Assembly: GCA_024742495.1 (NCBI GenBank)
Contig: JANSYJ010000012.1
Span: forward strand, 10,021 to 74,020
Reading direction: 5' to 3'
DNA length: 64,000 nucleotides
Source: Bacteroidota bacterium
GTDB taxonomy: Bacteria > Bacteroidota > Bacteroidia > Flavobacteriales > Schleiferiaceae
The position numbers and the translations under genes are program-made. Positions 9,664 through 18,605 of the stretch are shown piece by piece. Position 1 is the stretch's first letter. The number at the start of each line of letters is the position of its first letter. Below the pieces are notes generated by a model. The model searched no databases. It worked only from the letters and a program-made list of their open reading frames with translations, and had not been told where the DNA came from.

Positions 9664-10806
9664 CTAGTCGGCTAATACCGCTCTAGAAATTACAATTCTT
9701 TGTATTTCGGAAGTACCTTCATAAATCTGAGTAATCTTAGCATCGCGCATCAGGCGCTCAACATGGTATTCCTTAACGTATCCATAGCCACCATGCACTT
9801 GCACCGCTTCTACAGTAGTTTTCATAGCGGTTTCCGAAGCATAAAGCTTGGCCATGGCACTTTCCTTATCGAAGTTCATACCATTGTCCTTCATCCAGGC
9901 GGCCTTTAAACACATTAAGCGAGCGGCATCAATTTCTGTAGCCATATCCGCTAATTTAAAGCCAATCCCCTGGTGCTTGCCAATTTCCTTCCCGAAGGTT
10001 TTACGCTCTTTAGCATATTTAGTAGCTAATTCAAAAGCGCCACTAGCAATACCTAATGCTTGGGCAGCAATGCCAATACGGCCACCGCTTAATACCTTCA
10101 TGGCAAATTTAAAACCGAAGCCATCTTCACCAATTCTATTTTCCTTGGGAACTTTTACATCTTGGAACATCAAAGAGTGGGTATCCGATCCACGGATTCC
10201 CATTTTATCTTCCTTTTTACCAACGGTAAAGCCTTCCATGCCGCGCTCTACAATAAGGCAATTAATACCACGGTGACCTTTTTCAACATCAGTTTGGGCC
10301 ATTACCAGGTATACGCTAGCTGAACCACCATTAGTGATCCAGTTTTTATTACCATTTAAAAGGTAATGATCGCCTTTATCCTCGGCAGTTGTTTTTTGAG
10401 AAGTAGCATCTGAGCCCGCTTCAGGTTCGGATAAGCAAAAAGCGCCGATTACCTCGCCACTGGCTAAAGGTTTTAGGTATTTCTCCTTCTGCTCCTCGGT
10501 TCCAAACTTTTCAAGACCCCAGCATACTAAGCTGTTGTTTACAGACATTACCACCGATGCCGATGCATCTACCTTGGAAATTTCTTCCATTGCCAATACG
10601 TAGGAGATCGTATCTAATCCCGCACCATTGTACTTGGGATCTACCATCATCCCCATAAAACCAAGCTCTCCCATCTTCTTCACCTGCTCCGCAGGGAAAA
10701 TCTGCTTATCATCTCGCTCGATTACACCTGGCAATAATTCGTTTTGCGCAAAGTCACGAGCGGCTTGTTGGATCATTAAATGCTCCTCCGTAAGTTCAAA
10801 ATTCAT
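9664..10806 (-). CDS. Acyl-CoA dehydrogenase (short/butyryl-CoA dehydrogenase-like)
   Basis: 380 aa, full length. Motifs GAFCLSEPEAGSD, VHGGYGY and the C-terminal IYEGTSEIQR. Confidence 0.9.
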   Translation of the reverse strand: MNFELTEEHLMIQQAARDFAQNELLPGVIERDDKQIFPAEQVKKMGELGFMGMMVDPKYNGAGLDTISYVLAMEEISKVDASASVVMSVNNSLVCWGLEKFGTEEQKEKYLKPLASGEVIGAFCLSEPEAGSDATSQKTTAEDKGDHYLLNGNKNWITNGGSASVYLVMAQTDVEKGHRGINCLIVERGMEGFTVGKKEDKMGIRGSDTHSLMFQDVKVPKENRIGEDGFGFKFAMKVLSGGRIGIAAQALGIASGAFELATKYAKERKTFGKEIGKHQGIGFKLADMATEIDAARLMCLKAAWMKDNGMNFDKESAMAKLYASETAMKTTVEAVQVHGGYGYVKEYHVERLMRDAKITQIYEGTSEIQRIVISRAVLAD

Positions 10807-10861
10807 AGTAATAATGTTTAATCTTGTAGCTCTTTTGAGTCGGTTGGCAAAGGTACACTTT

Positions 10862-11944
10862 ATGCCGCAGAAACTTAATAACGAAGGACTATTGAAGGTA
10901 TTGGGATTAATGTCAGGAACCTCGCTCGATGGCTTGGACCTTTGCTTGGTAGAATTCTCCGCTAAGCATCGTACTCAATTTCAGATTCTTGCAAGTGCAA
11001 CCTATTCCTATAGCAAAGCTTGGCAGGAAAAATTAAGCTTCAAACAATTAAGCGCCTGGGAGCTCAGTAATTTAGATTATCAATACAGTCTGCTGCTTGC
11101 GCAATACGTATTGCGATTTTGCAAAGAGCATGGCTTGGAAACAGCTGAAATTGACTTGCTTTCCTCCCATGGACATACATGGTTTCATCAAGCCGAAAAA
11201 GGCATTACCTATCAAATTGGCAATCATCCCAGTTTGGCAGTAGAAACGGGCATGGAGCTAGCTTGCGATTTTAGAAGGCAAGATGTCGCCTTGGGCGGTC
11301 AGGGAGCTCCCCTGGTACCCATTGGCGATCGCGATCTTTTTCCAAATTATGATGCCTGCCTAAATCTCGGAGGCTTTGCCAATATCTCCTTTCAAGAGGA
11401 TTCAAAGCGTATTGCCTATGATATTGGTCCCTGTAATTTGGCTATGAACTCCTATTGCCAAATCTTGGGTTTGCCTTACGATAATGAAGGCACCATTGCC
11501 GCGAGCTTTAAGCATGATAGCGCTCTTTTTAATAAGCTTAACGGCCTGGGCTATTACATCCAATCTGGACCAAAAAGCCTCGGTCGCGAATGGTTGGAAG
11601 AAACTCTACTGCCCTTGGTTGAAGAAACATCGCTCTCACCTGAAGTAAAAATCGCCACCTTAAACCGACATATCGCCTTTCAAATTGCAGCCAGCCTCAA
11701 TAGGCATAAGCTTAAAAAAGTACTGATTAGTGGAGGCGGAGCTTTAAATAAAACCTTAATCGATTCAATAGGTATTTGGGGCGAATTTGATTTGGTAGTG
11801 GCCGAAGCGCAAATTCTACACTTTAAAGAAGCGCTGATTTTCGCCTACCTCGGTTATCTGCATCAGCACAACAAGATTAATGTATTATCCTCCGTAACCG
11901 GTGCAAAAAAGGATCATTGCAGTGGGCAAAAATTCCATCCTTAA
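10862..11944 (+). CDS. anmK: Anhydro-N-acetylmuramic acid kinase
   Basis: The track ORF 10628..11944 begins inside the divergent acad gene. The conserved N-terminus GLMSGTSLDGLD follows ATG 10862. GGQGAPLVP motif present. Confidence 0.8.
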   Translation: MPQKLNNEGLLKVLGLMSGTSLDGLDLCLVEFSAKHRTQFQILASATYSYSKAWQEKLSFKQLSAWELSNLDYQYSLLLAQYVLRFCKEHGLETAEIDLLSSHGHTWFHQAEKGITYQIGNHPSLAVETGMELACDFRRQDVALGGQGAPLVPIGDRDLFPNYDACLNLGGFANISFQEDSKRIAYDIGPCNLAMNSYCQILGLPYDNEGTIAASFKHDSALFNKLNGLGYYIQSGPKSLGREWLEETLLPLVEETSLSPEVKIATLNRHIAFQIAASLNRHKLKKVLISGGGALNKTLIDSIGIWGEFDLVVAEAQILHFKEALIFAYLGYLHQHNKINVLSSVTGAKKDHCSGQKFHP

Positions 11945-12012
11945 ATGATAATGATTAATTGATATCTAGCACCTAGGTTTTTATACTTTTGTTGCCGCCC
12001 AAAAAAGCGTCT

Positions 12013-13239
12013 ATGAAAGACCTATTGAAGATTTACGAAAATAAGCCCGCGGAAATTGTATTCCATTGGCATGACAGTGAAACCACGGCCGAAGGCTGGG
12101 TAGTAATTAACTCTTTACGAGGAGGAGCCGCCGGAGGTGGTACTCGAATGCGCGAAGGCTTAAACGAGCATGAAGTGCTGAGCCTGGCCAAAACCATGGA
12201 GATAAAATTTACCGTTGCTGGCCCTCCGATAGGCGGCGCAAAAAGCGGTATTAATTTTAATCCTAATGACCCTCGTAAGGATGGTGTTCTCCGACGCTGG
12301 TATGCGGCCGTAAAGCCCATTCTTAAGAATTACTATGGTACCGGTGGTGATTTAAATGTTGATGAAATTCACGAGGTAATTCCCATCACTTCTGAACTGG
12401 GTATCGAACATCCACAAGAAGGGGTTTTAGTAGGTCATTTCGCGCCGGAGCCCGAATCCAAAACCCGTAAAATTAAGCAGCTCCAGGAAGGAGTATTGCT
12501 TCCAGTACACAAGCAAGATCTTAGTCCCGGTGAAGCCGGTCGCTATACAGTAGCCGACCTTATTACGGGCTATGGCAGCGCGGAAAGCGTGCGTCACTTT
12601 TATGATATTTACGGCGGTAATGTAAGCGGTAAGCGCGTGATTATCCAAGGTTGGGGAAATGTGGCTTCAGCGGCAGCTTTCTACCTGGCACAACAAGGAG
12701 CCAAAATCGTTGGCATTATTGACCGTGTAGGTGGTTTAATAAATGAAGATGGATTTTCTTTAGAGGAGATTGTTGACTTATATAATGCTCGTAAGGGCAA
12801 TTACCTTATTGCCGATAATCTGATTCCTTTTGATGAAGTAAACGGCACCATTTGGAATATCGGGGCGGAGATTTTTATTCCCGCCGCAGCCTCACGTTTA
12901 ATCAGCAAGGATAATTTAGATCAAATGATTGCCGGCGGACTAGAGGTGATTTCCTCTGGAGCCAACGTGCCTTTTGCCGATACCGAAATTTTTTATGGCC
13001 CTATAGCGGAGTACGCTGATCAAAAGGTAAACTGTATTCCTGATTTTATTTCGAACTGTGGGATGGCCCGGGTGTTTGGATATTTGATGCAAGACAATAT
13101 CGCTTTAAACGATGAAGCCATTTTTGAGGATACCTCAACCGTAATTCGCGACGCTATGGTAGCCACCCATAAACTGCGTTCGGAAAAACTGGAATTAACC
13201 AAAACGGCCTACGAGATTGCACTTAACCAATTAATCTAA
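12013..13239 (+). CDS. Glu/Leu/Phe/Val-family amino-acid dehydrogenase
   Basis: Catalytic Lys box PIGGAKSGI, Rossmann GWGNVASAAAFYLA. The first ATG is at 12013; the track start 11989 is TTG. Confidence 0.8.
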   Translation: MKDLLKIYENKPAEIVFHWHDSETTAEGWVVINSLRGGAAGGGTRMREGLNEHEVLSLAKTMEIKFTVAGPPIGGAKSGINFNPNDPRKDGVLRRWYAAVKPILKNYYGTGGDLNVDEIHEVIPITSELGIEHPQEGVLVGHFAPEPESKTRKIKQLQEGVLLPVHKQDLSPGEAGRYTVADLITGYGSAESVRHFYDIYGGNVSGKRVIIQGWGNVASAAAFYLAQQGAKIVGIIDRVGGLINEDGFSLEEIVDLYNARKGNYLIADNLIPFDEVNGTIWNIGAEIFIPAAASRLISKDNLDQMIAGGLEVISSGANVPFADTEIFYGPIAEYADQKVNCIPDFISNCGMARVFGYLMQDNIALNDEAIFEDTSTVIRDAMVATHKLRSEKLELTKTAYEIALNQLI

Positions 13240-13245
13240 TAAATC

Positions 13246-14652
13246 ATGATTTACACTTTAATGGTGGTCGTTTTTGTGCTCGGCTATATCGCTATCGCCC
13301 TTGAGCATAATATTAAAATCGATAAAGCCGCCTCGGCCCTGGTTACAGGAACCCTTTGCTGGGCACTTTACGTGATTGGAGCGGAAGGAATCATCGATTT
13401 TCAAAGCATACCACATTGGATATCGGACATGTTTGCCGAAGAGAAAAACATTACCGATCAACATGAAATTGTTACACACTATGTAACCGAATTTCAAATC
13501 CTTGAACACCTCGGTGAAATTGCTTCAATTCTATTCTTTCTTTTAGGCGCAATGACCATCGTGGAGCTTATTGATGCGCATGAAGGATTTGCGGTAATTA
13601 CCGATCGAATAAAAACCACCAGTCGCTCCAAACTACTTTGGATCATTTGTATTTTAACTTTCTTCTTCTCTGCTGCCCTGGATAACCTTACTACCTCCAT
13701 TGTGATGGTATCCTTGCTTAAAAAACTAATTGAAGATCAGAAAGATCGCTGGCTATTTGCGGGTATGGTAGTTATTGCTGCTAATGCTGGAGGGGCTTGG
13801 TCTCCCATTGGAGATGTAACCACCACCATGCTTTGGATTGGCGGTCAGATTACCGCCGGTGCGGTAGTTACCCAATTAATATTCCCAAGTTTAATTGCCC
13901 TACTGGTGCCGCTTTTAGTGCTTACCCCGAGAATGAAGGGAAACGTTACTCGTCCGCGCAAAGCGGAAGGCAAAGAGCACTATATAAATCCCACCACAGA
14001 GAAGGAGCGCAATATAGTTTTCGCCGTTGGTGTAGCCGGTTTACTCTTTGTTCCAGTATTTAAAACCTATACCCACCTACCGCCATTTATGGGCATGATG
14101 ATGAGCTTGGGCATACTTTGGAGCATCACTGAAATAATGCATCGCTCTAAAAATCGCGAAACCAAATCCAAGTTATCGGTAATTGGCGTTCTGCGTAAAG
14201 TTGACACCGCTAGTGTACTCTTCTTTCTCGGTATTTTATTAGCTGTGGCTAGCTTGCAATCGGCCGGTCAGCTAGGCGCATTGGCCAATACGCTCGATAC
14301 TTCCATTGGTACTTCCACTGAAAATGGTGTTTACTCGGTAGGGATCATCATCGGTTTACTTTCCGCCATTGTAGATAATGTTCCCTTGGTAGCCGCTTCT
14401 ATGGGTATGTATAATATCGACCCCACTTTAGGAGGACTATTTGCTACAGATGGTCTATTCTGGGAGTTCTTAGCCTATTGTGCCGGAACCGGTGGTTCTG
14501 CTCTTATTATTGGTTCTGCCGCTGGTGTAGCCGTTATGGGACTAGAGAATATTTCTTTTGGATGGTACCTGCGACGCATTAGTCTATTAGCTATTATTGG
14601 CTATTTCGCTGGTGCTGGTGCCTACATCCTCCAATATACTTTGCTTCACTAA
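13246..14652 (+). CDS. nhaD: NhaD-type Na+/H+ antiporter (ArsB/NhaD permease superfamily)
   Basis: 468 aa, polytopic. Motifs AALDNLTTSIVMVSL and AANAGGAWSPIGDVTTTMLW. Confidence 0.75.
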   Translation: MIYTLMVVVFVLGYIAIALEHNIKIDKAASALVTGTLCWALYVIGAEGIIDFQSIPHWISDMFAEEKNITDQHEIVTHYVTEFQILEHLGEIASILFFLLGAMTIVELIDAHEGFAVITDRIKTTSRSKLLWIICILTFFFSAALDNLTTSIVMVSLLKKLIEDQKDRWLFAGMVVIAANAGGAWSPIGDVTTTMLWIGGQITAGAVVTQLIFPSLIALLVPLLVLTPRMKGNVTRPRKAEGKEHYINPTTEKERNIVFAVGVAGLLFVPVFKTYTHLPPFMGMMMSLGILWSITEIMHRSKNRETKSKLSVIGVLRKVDTASVLFFLGILLAVASLQSAGQLGALANTLDTSIGTSTENGVYSVGIIIGLLSAIVDNVPLVAASMGMYNIDPTLGGLFATDGLFWEFLAYCAGTGGSALIIGSAAGVAVMGLENISFGWYLRRISLLAIIGYFAGAGAYILQYTLLH

Positions 14653-14672
14653 AAAACATTTATCATAAAATC

Positions 14673-14714
14673 AATCCCGGCCTAGGTTTAAAAGCTTATC
14701 GCCGGGATTTTTTG
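14673..14714 (+). terminator. Probable terminator after nhaD
   Basis: 9-bp stem aatcccggc (14673..14681) pairs with gccgggatt (14701..14709), followed by a T-run. The loop is long at 19 nt. Confidence 0.5.
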
Positions 14715-14822
14715 CGTTTAGCTGGAGCTGATGCTCTTAACCACCGCTTGTTAATTTCTATTCTGCCAGCCATACGAGGCCGGCCTTCACTCCCGTTATA
14801 TTAGCGTTCAATAATTGTGTAC

Positions 14823-15521
14823 ATGAAACTAAGCTTTCTTCAAATGAGCATGGCTCAAGGTGATAGTCTCTCTTCAGAGCCCGTTGAAAAAACCCTCAGT
14901 ATCTGGGAACTCATCACCAGCGGTGGCCCAGGGGGAATTCTAATAATGACCGTTCTTTTTATATTATCTGTAATTGCAGTTTACATATTTGTGGAACGCT
15001 GGGGCGCGATTAAAAAAGCCAATCGCATGGATAGTAATTTCATGGAGGACATTCGTAAAAACGTACTGGAAGGAAATCTATCCTCTGCACAATCCCTTTG
15101 TCAGCGAGAAGATACTCCCGCTGCGCGAATGATTAATAAAGGGATTTCACGTATTGGCAAGCCCTTGAAAGACATTAATACCGCCATTGAAAACACTGGG
15201 AAATTGGAAGTTTCCTCCTTGGAGAATAATTTACCTACTATGGCTACTATCTCAGGCGCTGCGCCAATGATTGGCTTCTTGGGTACTGTTATCGGAATGA
15301 TTCTCGCCTTCCACGAAATGGCCGCCGCTGGTGGTCAGATTGATATTGAAATGCTAGCGGAAGGAATTTACACCGCCATGACTACAACTGTAGCTGGCCT
15401 TGCAGTAGGTATTATGGCTTATTTGGGCTATAATATTTTAGTAAGTAAGGTGAATAAAACCATTTACAACATGGAGCTTAGAGCTACCGAATTCTTGGAC
15501 CTCCTTAACGAACCCGCTTAA
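14823..15521 (+). CDS. exbB: MotA/TolQ/ExbB proton-channel protein
   Basis: Three TM segments and the conserved GAAPMIGFLGTVIGMILAF. The first ATG is at 14823; the track start 14817 is GTG. Confidence 0.85.
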   Translation: MKLSFLQMSMAQGDSLSSEPVEKTLSIWELITSGGPGGILIMTVLFILSVIAVYIFVERWGAIKKANRMDSNFMEDIRKNVLEGNLSSAQSLCQREDTPAARMINKGISRIGKPLKDINTAIENTGKLEVSSLENNLPTMATISGAAPMIGFLGTVIGMILAFHEMAAAGGQIDIEMLAEGIYTAMTTTVAGLAVGIMAYLGYNILVSKVNKTIYNMELRATEFLDLLNEPA

Positions 15522-15522
15522 G

Positions 15523-15915
15523 ATGGATTTAAAAAGAAGATCCAAGGTTAGTGCCGAATTTAATATGAGTAGTATGACGGACATCGTCTTCCTACTGCTC
15601 ATCTTCTTTATGATTGCCTCTACCCTTGTTACTACCAGTGCCCTGGATTTGGTTTTACCAAAAAGTGACGCCCAAACTGTGAAACGGAAGGACGTAACGG
15701 TAAACATCTCTCCAGATCAGCGGATATCAGTGGGTAATGTTATTGTAAATCAAAGTGAATTAGAAAGAGAGGTATTAAAGCAAACCGCCGGAACCGAAGA
15801 GGCGGTGGTAATACTGCGTGCTGATAAATCCGTACCTTATGAAATGGTAGTAAAGGTTATGGATATCGCCTACCGCAATAAACTTAAAATGATCGCGGCA
15901 ACCGATCCCAGCTAA
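15523..15915 (+). CDS. exbD: ExbD/TolR biopolymer transport protein
   Basis: 130 aa with a single N-terminal TM (MTDIVFLLLIFFMIAS). It starts 1 nt after the exbB stop. Confidence 0.85.
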   Translation: MDLKRRSKVSAEFNMSSMTDIVFLLLIFFMIASTLVTTSALDLVLPKSDAQTVKRKDVTVNISPDQRISVGNVIVNQSELEREVLKQTAGTEEAVVILRADKSVPYEMVVKVMDIAYRNKLKMIAATDPS

Positions 15916-16740
15916 ATGGAAAAGCAAAAAGGACAAAAGAAAAATCGCCGGCGCGCCCTAATGACCACCTTGGTTGTTCACGGTGCCCTATTCATTTTGT
16001 TCTTATTTGTGGGCCTCACCTACTACGATCCTAAACCTGAGGCGGGCATTCTTATTAATTTCGGAAATAGCGATACCGGTCAAGGTGAAGTGTATGAAGC
16101 ACCAAGCACTGGCTCTCCACAAAATCAAAGTAGCACACCAGCCGAAACCCAGGCGGTGCTTACGCAAGATGTGGTAGATGCCCCTAGCATCGATCAAAGT
16201 TCTGCCACTAACAGTCCGGTAGAACCCGATCCAGATCCGGATCAAAGCACCAACAATCCAAACGAAACCCAAAACCAAGATATACCGGATGAGCCGGATC
16301 CGCAACCATCCGAAAGCCTTCAGAACCTTTTAAACAATGCTGCTAGCTCCACTAGCGGAGGTGAAGGTATTACCGAAGGAGCTGGAGATCAAGGCGGCGA
16401 GAATGGCGATCCTAACTCAAATAATTATACCGGTAATGGCGGTGGTGGCAGTGGCGATGGCAATTACCTCTTGGGTAATCGGAAAGCCTTAGCCAAGCCA
16501 AAACCAAATCCCTGTGAGGCTTCTGGCCGCGTGGTGGTAAAAATATATGTAGATCGCAATGGCAAGGTAATTCGCGCCGTGGCGGGAGAAAAAGTACCTG
16601 GCGGCGCAGCAACCACCACTACAAACTCCTGCCTCTTTGATCAGGCCCGAAAGGCAGCCCTAAAAACCACTTGGGAATCGGATCGCGACGCTGCGGTGCA
16701 ACAAAGCGGTTACATCATTTACAATTTTACCAAAAATTGA
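15916..16740 (+). CDS. TonB-like energy transducer
   Basis: N-terminal anchor, then a long D/P/N/Q/S/G low-complexity linker, then a C-terminal TonB-C-like domain (GRVVVKIYVDRNGKVIRA ... SGYIIYNF). The ATG directly abuts the exbD stop. Confidence 0.7.
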   Translation: MEKQKGQKKNRRRALMTTLVVHGALFILFLFVGLTYYDPKPEAGILINFGNSDTGQGEVYEAPSTGSPQNQSSTPAETQAVLTQDVVDAPSIDQSSATNSPVEPDPDPDQSTNNPNETQNQDIPDEPDPQPSESLQNLLNNAASSTSGGEGITEGAGDQGGENGDPNSNNYTGNGGGGSGDGNYLLGNRKALAKPKPNPCEASGRVVVKIYVDRNGKVIRAVAGEKVPGGAATTTTNSCLFDQARKAALKTTWESDRDAAVQQSGYIIYNFTKN

Positions 16741-17969
16741 GTCAATACGCCGAAACGCTGGATTGGCTATTTGCCCAATTACCGATGTATCAAAGAATCG
16801 GTAAAGCCGCCTATAAAGCGGATTTGAGCAATACCTGGCAGCTGATGGAAATCCTCAATCAGCCTCAAAACAGTTTTAAGAGCGTCCATGTAGCGGGTAC
16901 CAATGGCAAGGGTTCCTCCGCGCATATGCTGGCCGCCATTTTTCAGGAAGCGGGCTACAAAACCGGACTTTATACTTCACCGCATTTGGTTGATTTTCGG
17001 GAACGTATAAAAATCAATGGCCAAATGATTTCGGAAGAGGCCGTAATCTCCTTCGTAGATCAACACAAAGATCAGTTTAAAGATATTGGACTGTCGTTTT
17101 TTGAAATGACCGTTGGCTTGGCCTTTGACTGTTTCCGCCAAGAAGAAGTGGATATCGCCATAGTGGAAGTAGGCATGGGAGGCCGCCTCGATAGTACCAA
17201 TGTGCTCTTGCCCGAATTGAGTTTAATTACGCACATTGGATTAGATCATCAAAACTTTTTAGGGGACACATTAGCCAAAATTGCCGCCGAAAAAGGAGGC
17301 ATTATTAAGGAGGCTACTCCGGTAGTGATTAGCGAAAGGCAGGAAGAATGTGACCCGGTTTTTATTGAAATTGCCGCTAAGCAAAAAGCCGCTATTCACT
17401 TTGCCCTAGATGAAGTAGCATCTGCGCGATTATTTATTGACCTCGACCTAAAAGGGGATTATCAAGAACACAATTTAAGAGGCGTTCTTTGCGCTATTGA
17501 TCACCTGGAAGAACAAGGCTGGAAAATTAAATCCTCTGCCGCCAAGGCATTGGCTAAGGTAATTTCGCTTACCGGATTAAGAGGGCGTTGGGAGCTCATC
17601 AATCGGAGACCACTTACTATTTGCGATACCGGCCATAACCAAAGCGGTGTAAGGGCGCTTATGGATCAAATTAAAAAACACTCATTTAGACAATTGCACA
17701 TCATTTGGGGTATGGCTAAGGATAAAGATGTTCGCGATATCCTTAGCCTATTGCCCCCCAGCGCCTTTTTCTATTTCACCCAAGCCGACATTCCCAGGGC
17801 CATGCCCGCCGAAGCGCTTAAACGTGAGGCCTTAAAATTTGGACTAGCCGGAAAAGCCTATCCATCGGTAGCTGCCGCTTATAAGGTCGCAAAAGAGAAT
17901 ACTCTAAATGATGATTTCATCTTTATTGGCGGTAGTACCTTTATTGTAGCAGACTTACTTAAAATTTAA
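16737..17969 (+). CDS. folC: Bifunctional folylpolyglutamate synthase / dihydrofolate synthase
   Basis: The track start 16671 lies inside the tonB-like gene. The conserved N-terminus YAETLDWLFAQLPMYQRIG follows TTG 16737, which overlaps the tonB stop (aTTGA). P-loop VAGTNGKGSS. Confidence 0.8.
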   Translation: MSQYAETLDWLFAQLPMYQRIGKAAYKADLSNTWQLMEILNQPQNSFKSVHVAGTNGKGSSAHMLAAIFQEAGYKTGLYTSPHLVDFRERIKINGQMISEEAVISFVDQHKDQFKDIGLSFFEMTVGLAFDCFRQEEVDIAIVEVGMGGRLDSTNVLLPELSLITHIGLDHQNFLGDTLAKIAAEKGGIIKEATPVVISERQEECDPVFIEIAAKQKAAIHFALDEVASARLFIDLDLKGDYQEHNLRGVLCAIDHLEEQGWKIKSSAAKALAKVISLTGLRGRWELINRRPLTICDTGHNQSGVRALMDQIKKHSFRQLHIIWGMAKDKDVRDILSLLPPSAFFYFTQADIPRAMPAEALKREALKFGLAGKAYPSVAAAYKVAKENTLNDDFIFIGGSTFIVADLLKI

Positions 17970-17990
17970 GAACAATTAGAATTAAGCACT

Positions 17991-18520
17991 ATGCCCATAA
18001 AAGTGCTTTCACGCTGCCGCTTTCTTTCAATCTGCATTTTCATCAGCTTTAAGCTGCAAGCCCAGCAAAGCGACAGCACCCGTATTGAGATACCCGATTA
18101 CTAATACGTAGTAGAACGCTACGATAGTACTTTGCAAAAAGTTTAATGGATTACCATTATACCGATTTATGGGATTTTGACAATGATGGCTTGAAGGATG
18201 AGATACGCTTTATCAGCAATGGTGGGGCTCATGCCTATTATTACCTTCAAATATTCTTGAGCTCAGAACAAGAGTTATATAGTTTCAGAAGCTTTTATAT
18301 TGACATGCCTTAGCTCTTTGAGGCGGATGAATTACTTGAGTTTATTCCCTTTTTGGTTTTGGACTTTGATCAAGATGGTGTGGATGAAATCTACCTCAAT
18401 CTCAACAATCACTTTGCGAGCATCCCTGCCGAGCTTCGTTCTAAAGGCATTAAAAGCAAAAAAATACGCATCGACTATGAAAATGGCGAGTTGAGGCTTA
18501 GCGACATAAAGCCAAAATGA
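17991..18520 (+). pseudogene. Decayed small-protein genes with two in-frame premature stops and duplicated DFDxDG motifs
   Basis: ORF A runs 17991..18146 and starts with the signal-like MPIKVLSRCRFLSICIFISFKLQAQ. It is broken by TAA at 18102 and ends in a TAATG overlap with ATG 18146. ORF B runs 18146..18520 and is broken by TAG at 18311..18313. Both halves of ORF B are protein-like (WDFDNDGLKDEIRF and LDFDQDGVDEIYL). Confidence 0.55.
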
Positions 18521-18605
18521 AGCTCATAAATTTAGATATACTTAGCTTTAGGGGCGGAAGTCAGACAAGCGATAACGGCTGAGACCGCTTAAAATCCCTT
18601 CTAGC

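Noticed and set aside
10628-10861. N-terminal extensions proposed by the ORF track for anmK (10628) and similarly for folC (16671), the PorP/SprF gene (3748) and the asparaginase (46965)
   Set aside because: The extensions overlap the neighbouring gene and encode non-conserved, odd peptides. The conserved N-termini or signal peptides begin at the downstream starts used in the feature table.
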